Part shown: positions 63,613 to 64,000 of the stretch, one piece after another
Layout of the letters: each line of letters opens with the position of its first letter
Numbering within the stretch: the stretch's first letter is position 1
Assembly (NCBI GenBank): GCA_934182605.1
Contig: CAKPRQ010000005.1
Coordinates: 3,788 to 67,787 of the forward strand
DNA from: an uncultured Clostridia bacterium
GTDB taxonomy: Bacteria > Bacillota > Clostridia > TANB77 > CAG-508
Direction of reading: 5' to 3'
Length of the DNA: 64,000 nucleotides
Translations under genes and position numbers: made by a program
The notes under the pieces: model-generated
The model's database searches: none
Seen by the model: only the letters and a program-made list of their open reading frames with translations
Told to the model about the DNA's origin: nothing

Positions 63613-64000
63613 TTATAATTCAAATTTATATAACTTTTCGCCATTGCTTAATTTTTTTATAAATTTAGCACCAAATTTTTCATAATAATTATTTAATTCT
63701 GTTTTTAGGAATATTTCGTTATAATTTCTCTTCTTGCTTTCTTTTAAAATTGCATCATTCAATATTTTTGAATATCCCTTTCCTCTATATTCTTTTTTTA
63801 CATACATCGTTGCGTACCAAGGCTTTAAATTTATACACTCATCACAATCATTTGGAAATATTGAAATAAATCCAATTAACATGTCATTACTTAACAATAT
63901 TAATTTACAAAAATCATCCTTGTTTAAGTTACTCTTTATTTTTTCTATTTTTTTAGCAATTCTATTTTTCTTATCCTTTTCTTTATTATCTGCCCATTCT
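63613..64000 (-). CDS. GNAT family N-acetyltransferase (N-terminus beyond the window end)
   Basis: GNAT motif A (YVKKEYRGKGYSKILNDAIL). The frame stays open upstream to position 64000. Confidence 0.5.
   Translation of the reverse strand, partial: EWADNKEKDKKNRIAKKIEKIKSNLNKDDFCKLILLSNDMLIGFISIFPNDCDECINLKPWYATMYVKKEYRGKGYSKILNDAILKESKKRNYNEIFLKTELNNYYEKFGAKFIKKLSNGEKLYKFEL

Overview
This is AT-rich (roughly 27-30% GC) chromosomal DNA from a Clostridia-like Firmicute. Almost every gene is on the minus strand.

The first half (1 to about 32.6 kb) is core genome. It carries an HD-domain hydrolase, a YtvI-like membrane protein, murD, three tandem paralogous small membrane proteins, trmFO, topA, murG-spoVE/ftsW-mraY-murE, a soluble FtsH-like protein, a ROK kinase, a SpoVD/FtsI penicillin-binding protein, rpoC-rpoB, a GC-rich Pro/His/Arg-repeat lipoprotein gene and a MacB/FtsX-type ABC transporter. 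The gene order is unusual: rpoBC sits next to spoVD, and murD is detached from murE-mraY.

The second half (about 32.7 to 61.9 kb) is an accessory/defense island. It begins at a decayed sporulation-type sigma-factor 5' fragment. It then contains, in order:
- a NUDIX gene followed by a NUDIX remnant;
- a four-gene Wadjet (JetABCD / MksBEFG-like) operon with an ASCH-domain gene translationally appended after jetD;
- a rhodanese gene;
- a roughly 10-kb integrase / Xis / P4-type primase-helicase element resembling a phage satellite (PICI). Its cargo slot holds an uncharacterised three-gene cassette (metallophosphoesterase, unknown protein, large TPR protein with a HEPN-like Rx6H C-terminus), which I consider the best candidate for an undescribed defence system;
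- a type I R-M system (hsdR, hsdS, hsdM plus an HTH controller) in which HsdS carries an unusual C-terminal Panacea/DUF4065-like domain.

A second ASCH paralog, a nucleoside phosphorylase, an ArsC/Spx-family protein and a partial GNAT gene lie at the right edge. No rRNA, tRNA or CRISPR arrays were seen. All calls rest on reading the six-frame translations and motif memory, with no database searches.
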